Origin: Candidatus Zixiibacteriota bacterium
GTDB taxonomy: Bacteria; Zixibacteria; MSB-5A5; CAIYYT01
NCBI GenBank assembly: GCA_020853795.1
Contig: JADYYF010000109.1
Location: forward strand, 70,181-134,180
Length of the DNA: 64,000 nucleotides
Direction: 5' to 3'
In this document: one piece after another, positions 20,110 through 28,623 of the stretch
How the letters are laid out: the number at the start of each line of letters is the position of its first letter
Position numbering within the stretch: the stretch's first letter is position 1
Notes under the pieces: generated by a model
Told to the model about the DNA's origin: nothing
What the model saw: only the letters and a program-made list of their open reading frames with translations
Database searches by the model: none
Position numbers and translations under genes: made by a program

Positions 20110-21297
20110 TCAGTCGTCCTCGGGAAAACCGCCGGCGCGCTTGATGATCCCGTTACCAAATTTGGTGCGGAGGTCGTGAATGGTAGCATTTAACCTCTCT
20201 TCCTTTGCGCGACCATCGTCAAATAGCTCCAACTGGCGCAGCTCCTCGCGTTGAATCAGGCGGCTGGAGCGGACGCCAATCAACCTAACTCCTTTGCTGA
20301 CAACCCTATCAACGGGCACAAGCTTGGCAACGGTAGATAGGATCTCGCCGTAGCTGTCAGTGGGAGCGGCCAAAGTTTGTTCGCGTGTAATGGTCTTGAA
20401 ACTGGGATAACGCATCCTGATGCCGACCGTGCGCGCCAACCAACCGCCCCGGTACAGCCGTATGACTACTTTCTCGGTCAGACCGGCGATCAGCGCGTGA
20501 AGAAAATCCGGGTCAAAGGTATTCTTCGCCAGCGTCGTTTCGTGCGAGATCGACTTCTCGATATGCTCTTCGTCGATCAGCGCAACATGGCGGTCATCAA
20601 CGCCGCGAGCGCGCTCTGCGAGCGAGAATCCGAATTCACCGAGCGCGAGCTTGAGCGTCGCGGCATTCAGATTCGCCAGATCCCCGATCGTGCGCACGCC
20701 ATGACGCAACAGCCGCTCGTAGGTCACGGGCCCGACACCCCACACTTTGTCGACACTTAGCGGAAACACCTGCGTCTCGATTGTTTCCGGCTCGATGATC
20801 GTGAGTCCATCCGGCTTGTTCAAGCCACTGGCGAGTTTGGCCAACAGCTTGTTCGGTCCGATTCCAACCGTACAGGTAATCCCGACGCGCTCGAAAATCG
20901 CGGCCTTGATCTGCAGAGCGACCTCGCGCGGCGCACCCAGCAGGCGTTCCGTGCCGGACAGGTCAAGGAAGGCCTCATCCACCGAGATCATCTCCACGGC
21001 GGGTGAAAACTGCGCCAGCGTGTCGTGTATCAGATTGGAAGCATAATGGTAAGCGCCGAAGTCGCCGTGCAGGAAGATCGCCTCGCGGCAGTGGCGATAG
21101 GCTTCTGCGGCGGGCATGGCCGAATGGATGCCGAAGACGCGCGCCTCATACGAAGCCGTCGACACCACACCGCGGCCCGTGGGACTCCCGCCGACGATGA
21201 CCGGCTTGCCCTTGAGGCCGGGATTGTTCCGCTGCTCGATGGCAGCAAAGAAAGCGTCCATGTCGACGTGCAGGACAGTGCGGTGATCGAGCGGCAT
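20110..21297 (-). CDS. dinB: DNA polymerase IV
   Basis: VLHVDMDAFFAAIEQ (the Y-family D-x-D motif) and the palm/fingers/little-finger architecture. 395 aa. Confidence 0.9.
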   Translation of the reverse strand: MPLDHRTVLHVDMDAFFAAIEQRNNPGLKGKPVIVGGSPTGRGVVSTASYEARVFGIHSAMPAAEAYRHCREAIFLHGDFGAYHYASNLIHDTLAQFSPAVEMISVDEAFLDLSGTERLLGAPREVALQIKAAIFERVGITCTVGIGPNKLLAKLASGLNKPDGLTIIEPETIETQVFPLSVDKVWGVGPVTYERLLRHGVRTIGDLANLNAATLKLALGEFGFSLAERARGVDDRHVALIDEEHIEKSISHETTLAKNTFDPDFLHALIAGLTEKVVIRLYRGGWLARTVGIRMRYPSFKTITREQTLAAPTDSYGEILSTVAKLVPVDRVVSKGVRLIGVRSSRLIQREELRQLELFDDGRAKEERLNATIHDLRTKFGNGIIKRAGGFPEDD

Positions 21298-21485
21298 AAG
21301 TACAAGGAATAGGAATCGGCGAAGATGTCAATCACAGAAGGGTTTCGTGGACTGGCTCGGTAGCGGGGAAAGGCATGAACTTCATGAACATTGTCGCTCG
21401 GGTCTCAAGTGCTGCTGCCAGTCGACCCTCGCGAACACTCTCGGAAGCGCGAAACCCGACACCCTCCCGACAGATTCAAGTCCGG

Positions 21486-22256
21486 TTACAACTTCAATCG
21501 CAGGCTGATAAAATACGAATCGAGCGCCTTGACCTCTTCGGCAAACTTCGGGGAAACGAGTCGGATCAGATCGTACGCGGTCGTGCCGGCGCCAAGGTAG
21601 TACTCCGATTCGACGCGGCCTTGCGCGTTGTGAGATATCGAATAGCCCACACCAACGTGGCCGTAGTAGATGCGGTAGGTCCCCCACCAGATGAAATTGG
21701 CGAACTCCTCGTTCTCGTTGGCGAGGAATTTGTTCTCAAAATCCCACGGCGGACGTTTGACGCAGAACTTCATGTCGAAGTTGTTCGGGTAGCGCTGCCT
21801 CAAGAGCGCCCAGCCGATGCCGCCGTAGTCGAACAGCAGATCGCTGACGCCGAGTCCCTGGTCGGGGTTGAAGGCATCCATCGGAAACTCGACCAACGTC
21901 ACCACCAGTCCCGCCTGCAGTGCCGAGTACTTGGTGATCTGGTCCTCCGGCATCTTGAGAATACGAAACAGCCAGCCGAAGCCCTCGGTCAGTTTGTAGC
22001 CGGCGTAGAAGTGGCTGACCTCGTCGGTCAGTGCGATGTTATCATGAAATTCGTTCTTGAAGTGAAACCTGCCGTTTGGCGCGCCCCACGTCTCTTCGAA
22101 ATAGAAGTATGCCGCCGTTCCAAACACCACGTTGCCAACGATCAAGTTGCGCTGGAAATGCGACGGCGGGTTGACGCGCAGACTATCGAGCTTCTGACCG
22201 CGGGCAACGGCGACCAGCAAGAGCGCCAACAGCGCGCATCGGGCTACGGCTCGCAC
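21486..22256 (-). CDS. Hypothetical secreted protein
   Basis: Signal peptide ALLALLLVAVARGQ. No recognised domain. Confidence 0.5.
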   Translation of the reverse strand: MRAVARCALLALLLVAVARGQKLDSLRVNPPSHFQRNLIVGNVVFGTAAYFYFEETWGAPNGRFHFKNEFHDNIALTDEVSHFYAGYKLTEGFGWLFRILKMPEDQITKYSALQAGLVVTLVEFPMDAFNPDQGLGVSDLLFDYGGIGWALLRQRYPNNFDMKFCVKRPPWDFENKFLANENEEFANFIWWGTYRIYYGHVGVGYSISHNAQGRVESEYYLGAGTTAYDLIRLVSPKFAEEVKALDSYFISLRLKL

Positions 22257-24445
22257 GGCAGCGGCGCGCCCTCAAAGAGATGGTTTACGAACAGGATCAG
22301 GTCGACCAGATTGAAGCGGCTGTCGCAGTTTGGATCGACGACGCGCAGCGGGACATTGATCGGCGCGCCGCGATAAAGCACGCGCACCATCTCGATCAGG
22401 TCGGCGATCGACAGCATTTCGTCCATGGTGATGTCGCCCGATTCATACCCGGCGGTGGTGCCGTAAGTAACCACAAAACGTTCGGCGCGCTGCGTCAGCC
22501 CGCTTGCGAATACCGACACACCCACCGGCGTGGTCTCGCGGCGCCGGCCGCTGATCGTCAGAAACGAGATCCTGGTTTCGCCGACCCCGAGCACCAACTG
22601 CGGTGGCGACGCGGTGACATAGAGCGGCTCGTCGGTGACGATATTGATTTCGGTGGCAAAATCAGTGGTGTTCGTGAACGAGAGCGTGCGTTCCGCAAAG
22701 GCGTCGGCTAATGGCTCAACAGTCACCGCGAGCGTGTCCTTGTAAATCGCCTCGGGCATATCTCCGAGACTGCCAACCTGGATCCTTCCTCCGACCAACT
22801 CGCCCTGTGGCTGATCGAGATCGACAACCAGGTAGAGCGGATCGGTCAACTGCGAGAGTTTCTGATTGACCCAGGTAATCGGCTCTTCGCCATACTCCTT
22901 GTAGGAAGTGATGATCGGGTCAATGCCGCCATCAACGCTGCTTAACGTTCCGTCGCCGTCCTTGTCAAGGTAGATCCCTTCGTAGTAAATGCTCGTGCCG
23001 ACTGCGCCAATAACGATGGGGCACGCCAATTTGTCCCTGAACACATAATCGTCGCCGTCGGGCACGAAGCGGTTAATCTTCTGGGTGCTGTCCAGGGTAA
23101 ATGAGATTGATGTGAACCAATAACCCGGAGCGACATACGGAATGCGCAGGTAGCGCCCGGCATAATCCATCGAGCCTCCGAGATATCGGCCACCCCAATT
23201 GCGGCCGGGGCGAATGCGCCCGCTGTTGATCGCCCATCCCGCAGAGTAGGCTTCCGTCTCAACCCGCATCGTGTCTGACTGATACGCCTCCCGCAACCGC
23301 CCGACAAATTCCAACAGCTTCCCGACCCCGTCGCGGTTGGAGTTGCCCCGCGCCACAATCAGCGCGGTTGTCAACGTCATGCTCTCCCCCGGGCGCAGCG
23401 TATCCGGGATCGTGTTCAGCAAAAAACGATAGTCGCGCGAGAGATCGGCGACCCAACCGGTCGAATCCACCGGATTACCGCCAAAAGGGTAGAGCGTCGG
23501 CAGCGATGTGTTTGGATCAAAGTATGGCTGCCCATCGGGGCGCAGGCCCTTGATCACGTTGATCACATCGGGCAGCGTGTCGACCGCAATGCACTCCGGA
23601 TACTGGCTGCGACAGCCGTAGTAATAGTTCGCCGACAGCGCGCGGTTGCGCAGCATCGTCATGCCGACCACAGGCGTAAAATCGCCGTAGTCCGAGTCGT
23701 AGTCGGCCTCGTCGTAAACATAGGCGCATTGCAAGGCTTGATTGGTTCCCAGCCGGTCATTGGTCGAAAAACCGATATCGGGATCAGCGTAGATCGAAAT
23801 GATGCAGGAATCGATGATAGAATCACTGACATTCGTAATCGTGTAGTCGAAGAAAATCACCTGCGCCATCAGTGTGTCGTAGAGCTGATAGGTGTTATCC
23901 CAGGTGTACGCATGCAACCGTACGTCCACGCCGAGCGACTGAACGCTTGAGAACCCCTGAAAAATATGCGATGCCGAATCCCCGTCGTGGAACATCGTCC
24001 AGAGCCCCTGCCCGCCCAATTGCAGCGGCTGGCCGAGGGCGTTAATCGGCGCACCGAGCGCGACCGGCCAATTGCGGTAGTCGTCGTTGAGTTCGTAGTT
24101 CTCACCGCGGGTGATTTTGTAGATCGGAAAAGCCGAGTCGGCGTCGGTTCCTGCCGGCTGCCACGGCCCCGGTTTGAATTCGCTTTCATCGCCGGAGATT
24201 GTAATCCGCCACTCGTTGTTGACCTTCCCCGCTACCCAGATGCCGCCACCTGCCATCAGGGCGCGGCGACTGCTGCCCGGATAATAGAGCCCGGCGGGAT
24301 TGTTGCGCGTCAGGTAGGGATCGTAGCCGAACGTGCCGTTGTTATGCACGAAGAGCGTCATGGCGCCGTCATCTAGCGTACGCACAACCTGCCCCAAGGC
24401 TGCGCTGCAAAGTGCGCATACAAGCATGAGTAGACGAAATCGCAT
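22244..24445 (-). CDS. Secreted hypothetical protein with C-terminal dockerin-like domain
   Basis: Probable start at MRFRLLMLVCALCSAALG (signal peptide). The C-terminal about 60 aa (GDITMDEMLSIADLIEMVRVLYRG ... DPNCDSRFNLVDLILFVNHLFEG) match the dockerin Ca-binding loop pattern DxNxDxxxNxxD...G. Confidence 0.6.
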   Translation of the reverse strand: MRFRLLMLVCALCSAALGQVVRTLDDGAMTLFVHNNGTFGYDPYLTRNNPAGLYYPGSSRRALMAGGGIWVAGKVNNEWRITISGDESEFKPGPWQPAGTDADSAFPIYKITRGENYELNDDYRNWPVALGAPINALGQPLQLGGQGLWTMFHDGDSASHIFQGFSSVQSLGVDVRLHAYTWDNTYQLYDTLMAQVIFFDYTITNVSDSIIDSCIISIYADPDIGFSTNDRLGTNQALQCAYVYDEADYDSDYGDFTPVVGMTMLRNRALSANYYYGCRSQYPECIAVDTLPDVINVIKGLRPDGQPYFDPNTSLPTLYPFGGNPVDSTGWVADLSRDYRFLLNTIPDTLRPGESMTLTTALIVARGNSNRDGVGKLLEFVGRLREAYQSDTMRVETEAYSAGWAINSGRIRPGRNWGGRYLGGSMDYAGRYLRIPYVAPGYWFTSISFTLDSTQKINRFVPDGDDYVFRDKLACPIVIGAVGTSIYYEGIYLDKDGDGTLSSVDGGIDPIITSYKEYGEEPITWVNQKLSQLTDPLYLVVDLDQPQGELVGGRIQVGSLGDMPEAIYKDTLAVTVEPLADAFAERTLSFTNTTDFATEINIVTDEPLYVTASPPQLVLGVGETRISFLTISGRRRETTPVGVSVFASGLTQRAERFVVTYGTTAGYESGDITMDEMLSIADLIEMVRVLYRGAPINVPLRVVDPNCDSRFNLVDLILFVNHLFEGAPLPCEP
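22247..22438 (-). other. Dockerin-like module (C-terminus of the 745 aa protein)
   Basis: Two EF-hand-like loops as described for the parent CDS. Confidence 0.5.
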
Positions 24446-24588
24446 GTCTGCCGAATATACGCATTCGATTGCGCGGCGCAAAATGGTGACTTCAGGAAGT
24501 TGTGGGGCAGGCCTCCTAACGGAAATACTGTGAATGACGGCTCATCTTTGAGGAGACCTGCCATTCGTCCAAGTCGCCGGCCCCGGCC

Positions 24589-27441
24589 CTACTTAAGCAG
24601 CAAGACCTTGATCGTGCGGGATTGGTCGTCCGCCTGCAGGCGAACGAAATAGATTCCGGTCGGCAGCGTCTCGCCGGTATCGGCGTCGCCATCCCACGTG
24701 GCGTAGTAGCCGCCGATCCGCTGTTCGCCGGTGAAGATCGTCTTCACCTGCTGCCCGAGAATGTTGAGCACGCGCAGGTCGACCAACGATGATTGGCTCA
24801 GTGTGTACGGAATGATCGTTGCGGCATTGAAGGGGTTTGGATAATTCGGACCAAGAGTGAAATCCGTCGGCATAATCGGGCTTTCGACCGGATACACCGG
24901 CGTCGAGGAGGTAATCGCGGCACTTCCTGCCAGAGCGACCGGTGCTGAAATCGCGCCGGAAGTGTCGCGAACGACGCCGCTCAATTCAATCGGGTATTCT
25001 CCGTCGGCGACATCGCTGCCCGCGGTGAAGTGCAGAATCGCAATCGCACTGGAGCCTTCAGCCAGCGGATCGCTCATCGGCGATGAGGCAACAGCCACCG
25101 ACGTGATTCCCAGCATCGTGGGCGCACTCGACTGCCAGGTCAGAACGCCGCCGCTGCGCAGCGTAGTACTCACCGAGTCGAGAGTCATCGCTGCATCATC
25201 AAACGTGAGATCGAAAGCAACGCTATCGACCGCCAGGTAATTTCGCAGACTGAGCGCCACCTCAAACGGCTGACCAACCGCAGCATTAATCGCCTCCAAA
25301 GCGAGCGTGTCAGGTGGACGCAGAACTGTGGCGTGAACCACTGCCATTAACGGAGAATTCACAGCCGCCGGATCGCTGATCGTCAGATGCGCATAGTGCT
25401 CACCAACCTGAAGCAGCGCGGTATTAATCGACACGGAAACTACGCCGTCGCCAAGCATCGCCTCCGGCGTGGTCGCCACCCAGGTGGCATCGGGAACAAT
25501 CATCCAATCGATCGTGCCGGTACCGGAATTGTAGATCACCAGTTCCTGCGCCGGCACGGATGTACCCGCAAGAAAGCCAAAATGCAGCGTATCGGGATCG
25601 ATTGTCAGGATCGGCGCATTGACGATGTAGTTCAAGTTGACCGTGAACTGCTGCGGAGAATTGGCCGCCTGCGACGAGGTCACGGTGATCGCCGCACTGT
25701 ATTCACCTGGCCCGGGCAAGGAGTCGGTTTCAAAAATCAGATCAACTGCGCTCGGCGCCGTTCCGGACACCTGCGACAATTTCAGCCAATTCGGCGCGCC
25801 ACTGGCGGACCAGTCTAATGTTCCGGTTCCGGAATTTTCAATCATTACGTACCGGTCGTCCGGTGGCGCTGAACCGAATTGGGTTTGGACATCTATTGAG
25901 GAGGGGGTAATGCTCAAGACCGGCGCGGTGATGCTGAGCGCAACCACCACGGTGCGTGACGAGTCTTTGCCGGAGGCATCGCTGATGGTGATGCGCCCCG
26001 CATGGTCGCCATAGGCCAGGCCGGCAATGTTGACCGCGACGGCAAGCGTGGCCGGCGCTGCGCCGGCAGTCGGCGTTACGGTCAGCCATGGCTGGTTGTC
26101 GGTCACGCTGTAGTTGAGTATACCGTAGCCCTGATTATTCACGAGCAATTGCTGGCTCGGCGGATTGGAGCCGCCCTGCTGCGCGGAAAATGTCAGCGAA
26201 GTCGGCGTCACAACGATTGCCGGCGCGCCGTACTCGGTGATCTTGGCGTAGACATCGAAGCTGCCGTTACGATCGTCGGTCCAGGTGTAGTAGATATTGA
26301 TCCCGTCCATAGTGACGTTCGGGAACGACTGCGTCGCGGTGCCGGCGTCACTGTTGACGCGATAGTTGCCGGCGAGCGAACTGCCCTCGGCGCGATAGTA
26401 CTGTGCATAAATGTCGTTGTTGCCGAGGCGGTCGTCGCGCCAGGCGATGATGAAGTTACCGAAGTAGTCCATCGCGACCGAGGCTTCGGCCTGATTCACC
26501 GCCCCGCCATCGACGTTGACCCGGTAGTTGTCGGACCGCGCCGTGCCGTTCGCCCAGTAGTTGCGGGCGTAAACATCGGGGTTGTTCGGATAGACGCCGT
26601 TGCGATAGTCGATCCAGGCGATCGTGAAATTGCCGTTGTAGTCGCAAGCGACATCGGCAAAGACGCACTTGTTGTTCGTGATATTGTCGTTGACGAGAAA
26701 ATTCGTGCCCTGCGCGACCCCGGAGACATTGAAGCGCTGCGCCATGATGTTGTCGCGGCCGGAGCGGTTGTCATACCAGGTGACGATGAAATCGCCATCC
26801 CCGTCAACCGCGATCTTGGGATTGTGCTGGTAGGCCGCGCCGGCGTCGTCGTTGACGCGGAAGTTGGCGCCCAGCTTGGTGCCCGACTTGTGATAGCGCT
26901 GGGCGTAGATGTCGTAATTGCCGTTGCGGTTGTCCTCCCAGACCACCACGTAATTGCCGAAATCATCACAGTCGATATCCTGCCAGCCCTGCGTCTCGAC
27001 TCCAAAATCGTCGTTGACTTTGGTGTTGGTCGAAACCAGCGAGCCGTCGGCGTTGAAGCGCTGTCCGTAGATATCGCCGTTGAATGGATAGCCTGTGATG
27101 CGGAAATCCTGCCAGACGACGATGAACTTACCCAGTTGATCTTTCATCAACGAGGGCCGCAGTTGCTCATTGCCCACGGGATCGTCATTGACACGACGAT
27201 TTGAGCCGGAGCGATTGCCGAGGTGGTCGAAGGCTTGGAGGTAAATGTCGTTATCGCCATTGCGCTTGTCGTACCAGGAGACGACGAAGTTGCCGTCGAG
27301 GTCGACCGCGATATGCGAGTATCCCTGATAGGCGGTACCGAAATCGTCATTAACGCGGAAATCGGCGACGTCGCAGCGTCCATCTGCGAACCAGAGGATG
27401 CAGACCAAAAAGAAGCAAATCAGGGCAAAACGTGCTTTCAT
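24589..27441 (-). CDS. T9SS-sorted surface protein: seven roughly 50-aa tandem repeats, three BACON/Ig-like domains, one cohesin-like domain and a Por-secretion C-terminal sorting domain
   Basis: Signal peptide. Seven repeats of the form [FY]RVNDDxGxxxQxxPxIAxDxxGNFVVxWxDxRNGxxDIYAQR[FY]. BACON-like segments (TSLTFSAQQGG...LLVNNQGYGILNYSVT...PWLTVTP...). Cohesin-like segment AAVGQPFEVALSLRNYLAVDSVAFDLTFDDAAMTLDSV...GSSAIAILHFTAGSDVADGEYPIEL. T9SS CTD ...GPNYPNPFNAATIIPY...GIYFVRLQADDQSRTIKVLLLK. Confidence 0.75.
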   Translation of the reverse strand: MKARFALICFFLVCILWFADGRCDVADFRVNDDFGTAYQGYSHIAVDLDGNFVVSWYDKRNGDNDIYLQAFDHLGNRSGSNRRVNDDPVGNEQLRPSLMKDQLGKFIVVWQDFRITGYPFNGDIYGQRFNADGSLVSTNTKVNDDFGVETQGWQDIDCDDFGNYVVVWEDNRNGNYDIYAQRYHKSGTKLGANFRVNDDAGAAYQHNPKIAVDGDGDFIVTWYDNRSGRDNIMAQRFNVSGVAQGTNFLVNDNITNNKCVFADVACDYNGNFTIAWIDYRNGVYPNNPDVYARNYWANGTARSDNYRVNVDGGAVNQAEASVAMDYFGNFIIAWRDDRLGNNDIYAQYYRAEGSSLAGNYRVNSDAGTATQSFPNVTMDGINIYYTWTDDRNGSFDVYAKITEYGAPAIVVTPTSLTFSAQQGGSNPPSQQLLVNNQGYGILNYSVTDNQPWLTVTPTAGAAPATLAVAVNIAGLAYGDHAGRITISDASGKDSSRTVVVALSITAPVLSITPSSIDVQTQFGSAPPDDRYVMIENSGTGTLDWSASGAPNWLKLSQVSGTAPSAVDLIFETDSLPGPGEYSAAITVTSSQAANSPQQFTVNLNYIVNAPILTIDPDTLHFGFLAGTSVPAQELVIYNSGTGTIDWMIVPDATWVATTPEAMLGDGVVSVSINTALLQVGEHYAHLTISDPAAVNSPLMAVVHATVLRPPDTLALEAINAAVGQPFEVALSLRNYLAVDSVAFDLTFDDAAMTLDSVSTTLRSGGVLTWQSSAPTMLGITSVAVASSPMSDPLAEGSSAIAILHFTAGSDVADGEYPIELSGVVRDTSGAISAPVALAGSAAITSSTPVYPVESPIMPTDFTLGPNYPNPFNAATIIPYTLSQSSLVDLRVLNILGQQVKTIFTGEQRIGGYYATWDGDADTGETLPTGIYFVRLQADDQSRTIKVLLLK
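24913..25305 (-). other. Cohesin-like domain within the 950 aa T9SS protein
   Basis: About 130 aa with the cohesin-type pattern VGxxFxVxxSLxN...V.S..FxLxYD...L...SV...G........G....AIA.L.F.....G...I.L. Confidence 0.5.
26330..27370 (-). repeat. Seven in-frame tandem coding repeats of about 150 nt each (likely beta-propeller blades)
   Basis: Protein-level periodicity of about 47-55 aa with a conserved RVNDD ... GNFVV.W.D.R.G..DIYAQRF core. Nucleotide copies are diverged. Confidence 0.7.
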
Positions 27442-27669
27442 GCCCCTGATGCAAGATCAAACAGCGTGCCGAAGTGAAAGCCGGGCTAAGTCGTTGGGGA
27501 AGAGACAGTCAGAGTTTAACCGGGCGACGTTGGGTGGAAGAGATTTCCTCATTGGTAGGAACTGCCCTCTTATTTGGCACGCTCCTGCTGTCGGTTGTGG
27601 ACCGCCGTTGCGAGAGATCGCCAACAGCTTTGAGCAATCAGTGGGCAGCCGAGTTGAGGCGGCTGCGCG

Positions 27670-28296
27670 TTAGACGAACTCGGCTTCCTCCTTTTCGCGA
27701 AGGAAGACTACTCCGAGAATGATTGACGTGATCGGAACGAGAATCAGTGCCAGCGGCGAGAGCAGAATTGTCACTTCGAGTATTCCCGCCGCGAGGGTTA
27801 AATACACGTATGCCGCTAACAAGTCACTCATCTGCTCTCTGAGTTTGAGCAGGCGCACTGCAATCATGATATCGACAATCCCCACCGTCACCATCGCTAC
27901 CGAGAAGAGGCCGAGCATCATGACGATCTGCATCAGCTCCGGCAGATTCGTCAGCAGCAGCATCGTCTTGAGCATCAACCCCAATACCTGAAATCCTATC
28001 AACCACCAGATCGAGATTGTAATGAGGAGATCAACACCGTGGTAGCGGAAGCGTTCATGCAGCAACTGCCGGAACATGATGATGACATACACCGCCAGGG
28101 CTGTCGAAATGAGTCCAAGGAAGTCAGCCGGACCGACAATGGGACCTTTGATGTGAAAGGTCCGTGCTCCGATGATACCCTGCACGATTCCGACGATGAA
28201 CTGCAGTGGAAACAACACCGCCGCAATGATCGACATCCAGCCCGCGAGCAAATAGCGGTTGCTCGTGCTGACGACCATCTCTTCTGCCTGCATCAT
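27670..28296 (-). CDS. Multi-TM membrane protein (DUF2975-like)
   Basis: Start at MMQAEEM (ATG at 28296) with GGAGG 7 nt upstream. ATGA overlap with the stop of the upstream XRE gene. Four or more TM helices. The pairing with a YozG-like XRE regulator is typical of DUF2975. Confidence 0.6.
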   Translation of the reverse strand: MMQAEEMVVSTSNRYLLAGWMSIIAAVLFPLQFIVGIVQGIIGARTFHIKGPIVGPADFLGLISTALAVYVIIMFRQLLHERFRYHGVDLLITISIWWLIGFQVLGLMLKTMLLLTNLPELMQIVMMLGLFSVAMVTVGIVDIMIAVRLLKLREQMSDLLAAYVYLTLAAGILEVTILLSPLALILVPITSIILGVVFLREKEEAEFV

Positions 28297-28517
28297 TTTG
28301 AACCTCCGTCTTGATCCGCTGTGTACTCGAGGAGGTCGCCGGGCTGACATTCCAGCACGCGACAGATGGCATTCAACGATGAGAAGCGGATTCCTTTAGA
28401 TTTCTCAGTCTTAAAAAGTGATAGCGCGGTTAACGTAAGACCAACCCGGTCCGCCAACTCGGTCAGCGACATCTTGCGCTTGGCAAGCATTACGTCAAGA
28501 TTTATTCGTATCGCCAT
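28293..28517 (-). CDS. XRE-family (Cro/C1-type) HTH transcriptional regulator, YozG-like
   Basis: 74 aa. HTH region MSLTELADRVGLTLTALSLFKTEKSKGIRFSSLNAICRVLECQPGDLLEY. Confidence 0.8.
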   Translation of the reverse strand: MAIRINLDVMLAKRKMSLTELADRVGLTLTALSLFKTEKSKGIRFSSLNAICRVLECQPGDLLEYTADQDGGSK

Positions 28518-28539
28518 GACAGGAGATAATACGAAGATC

Positions 28540-28554
28540 TTAACTAAAAGTTAA
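28540..28554. promoter_or_regulatory. Perfect inverted repeat TTAACTaaaAGTTAA, 23-39 nt upstream of the XRE start codon; candidate autoregulatory operator
   Basis: Palindrome in the AT-rich spacer 28518..28623, which also contains TATAAT-like hexamers. Confidence 0.4.
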
Positions 28555-28623
28555 AACATTCTTAGTTTCACTTATAATATTTCAATTTATACTAAAATGG
28601 CCTGGATTTGGGGAGCTTCTCGT

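Noticed and set aside
20052-20110. Apparent palindrome AAATACATTGAGTATGTT in the aminotransferase / dinB spacer
   Set aside because: On checking, the two halves are not reverse complements of each other.
26456-27383. Minus-strand ORFs rich in Thr/Ser/Pro/Arg (26456..26668, 26496..27005, 27147..27383) inside the repeat-protein gene
   Set aside because: They are out-of-frame shadows of the repetitive coding sequence of the 950 aa gene. They have no independent start context and overlap it fully.
27530-27580. Second TGGCAC-containing sigma-54-like sequence (TTGGCACGCTCCTGCTG) upstream of the cohesin-protein gene
   Set aside because: The GG-to-GC spacing is one nucleotide short of the -24/-12 consensus, the -12 element is TGCT not TTGC, and it lies on the plus strand pointing away from any gene.
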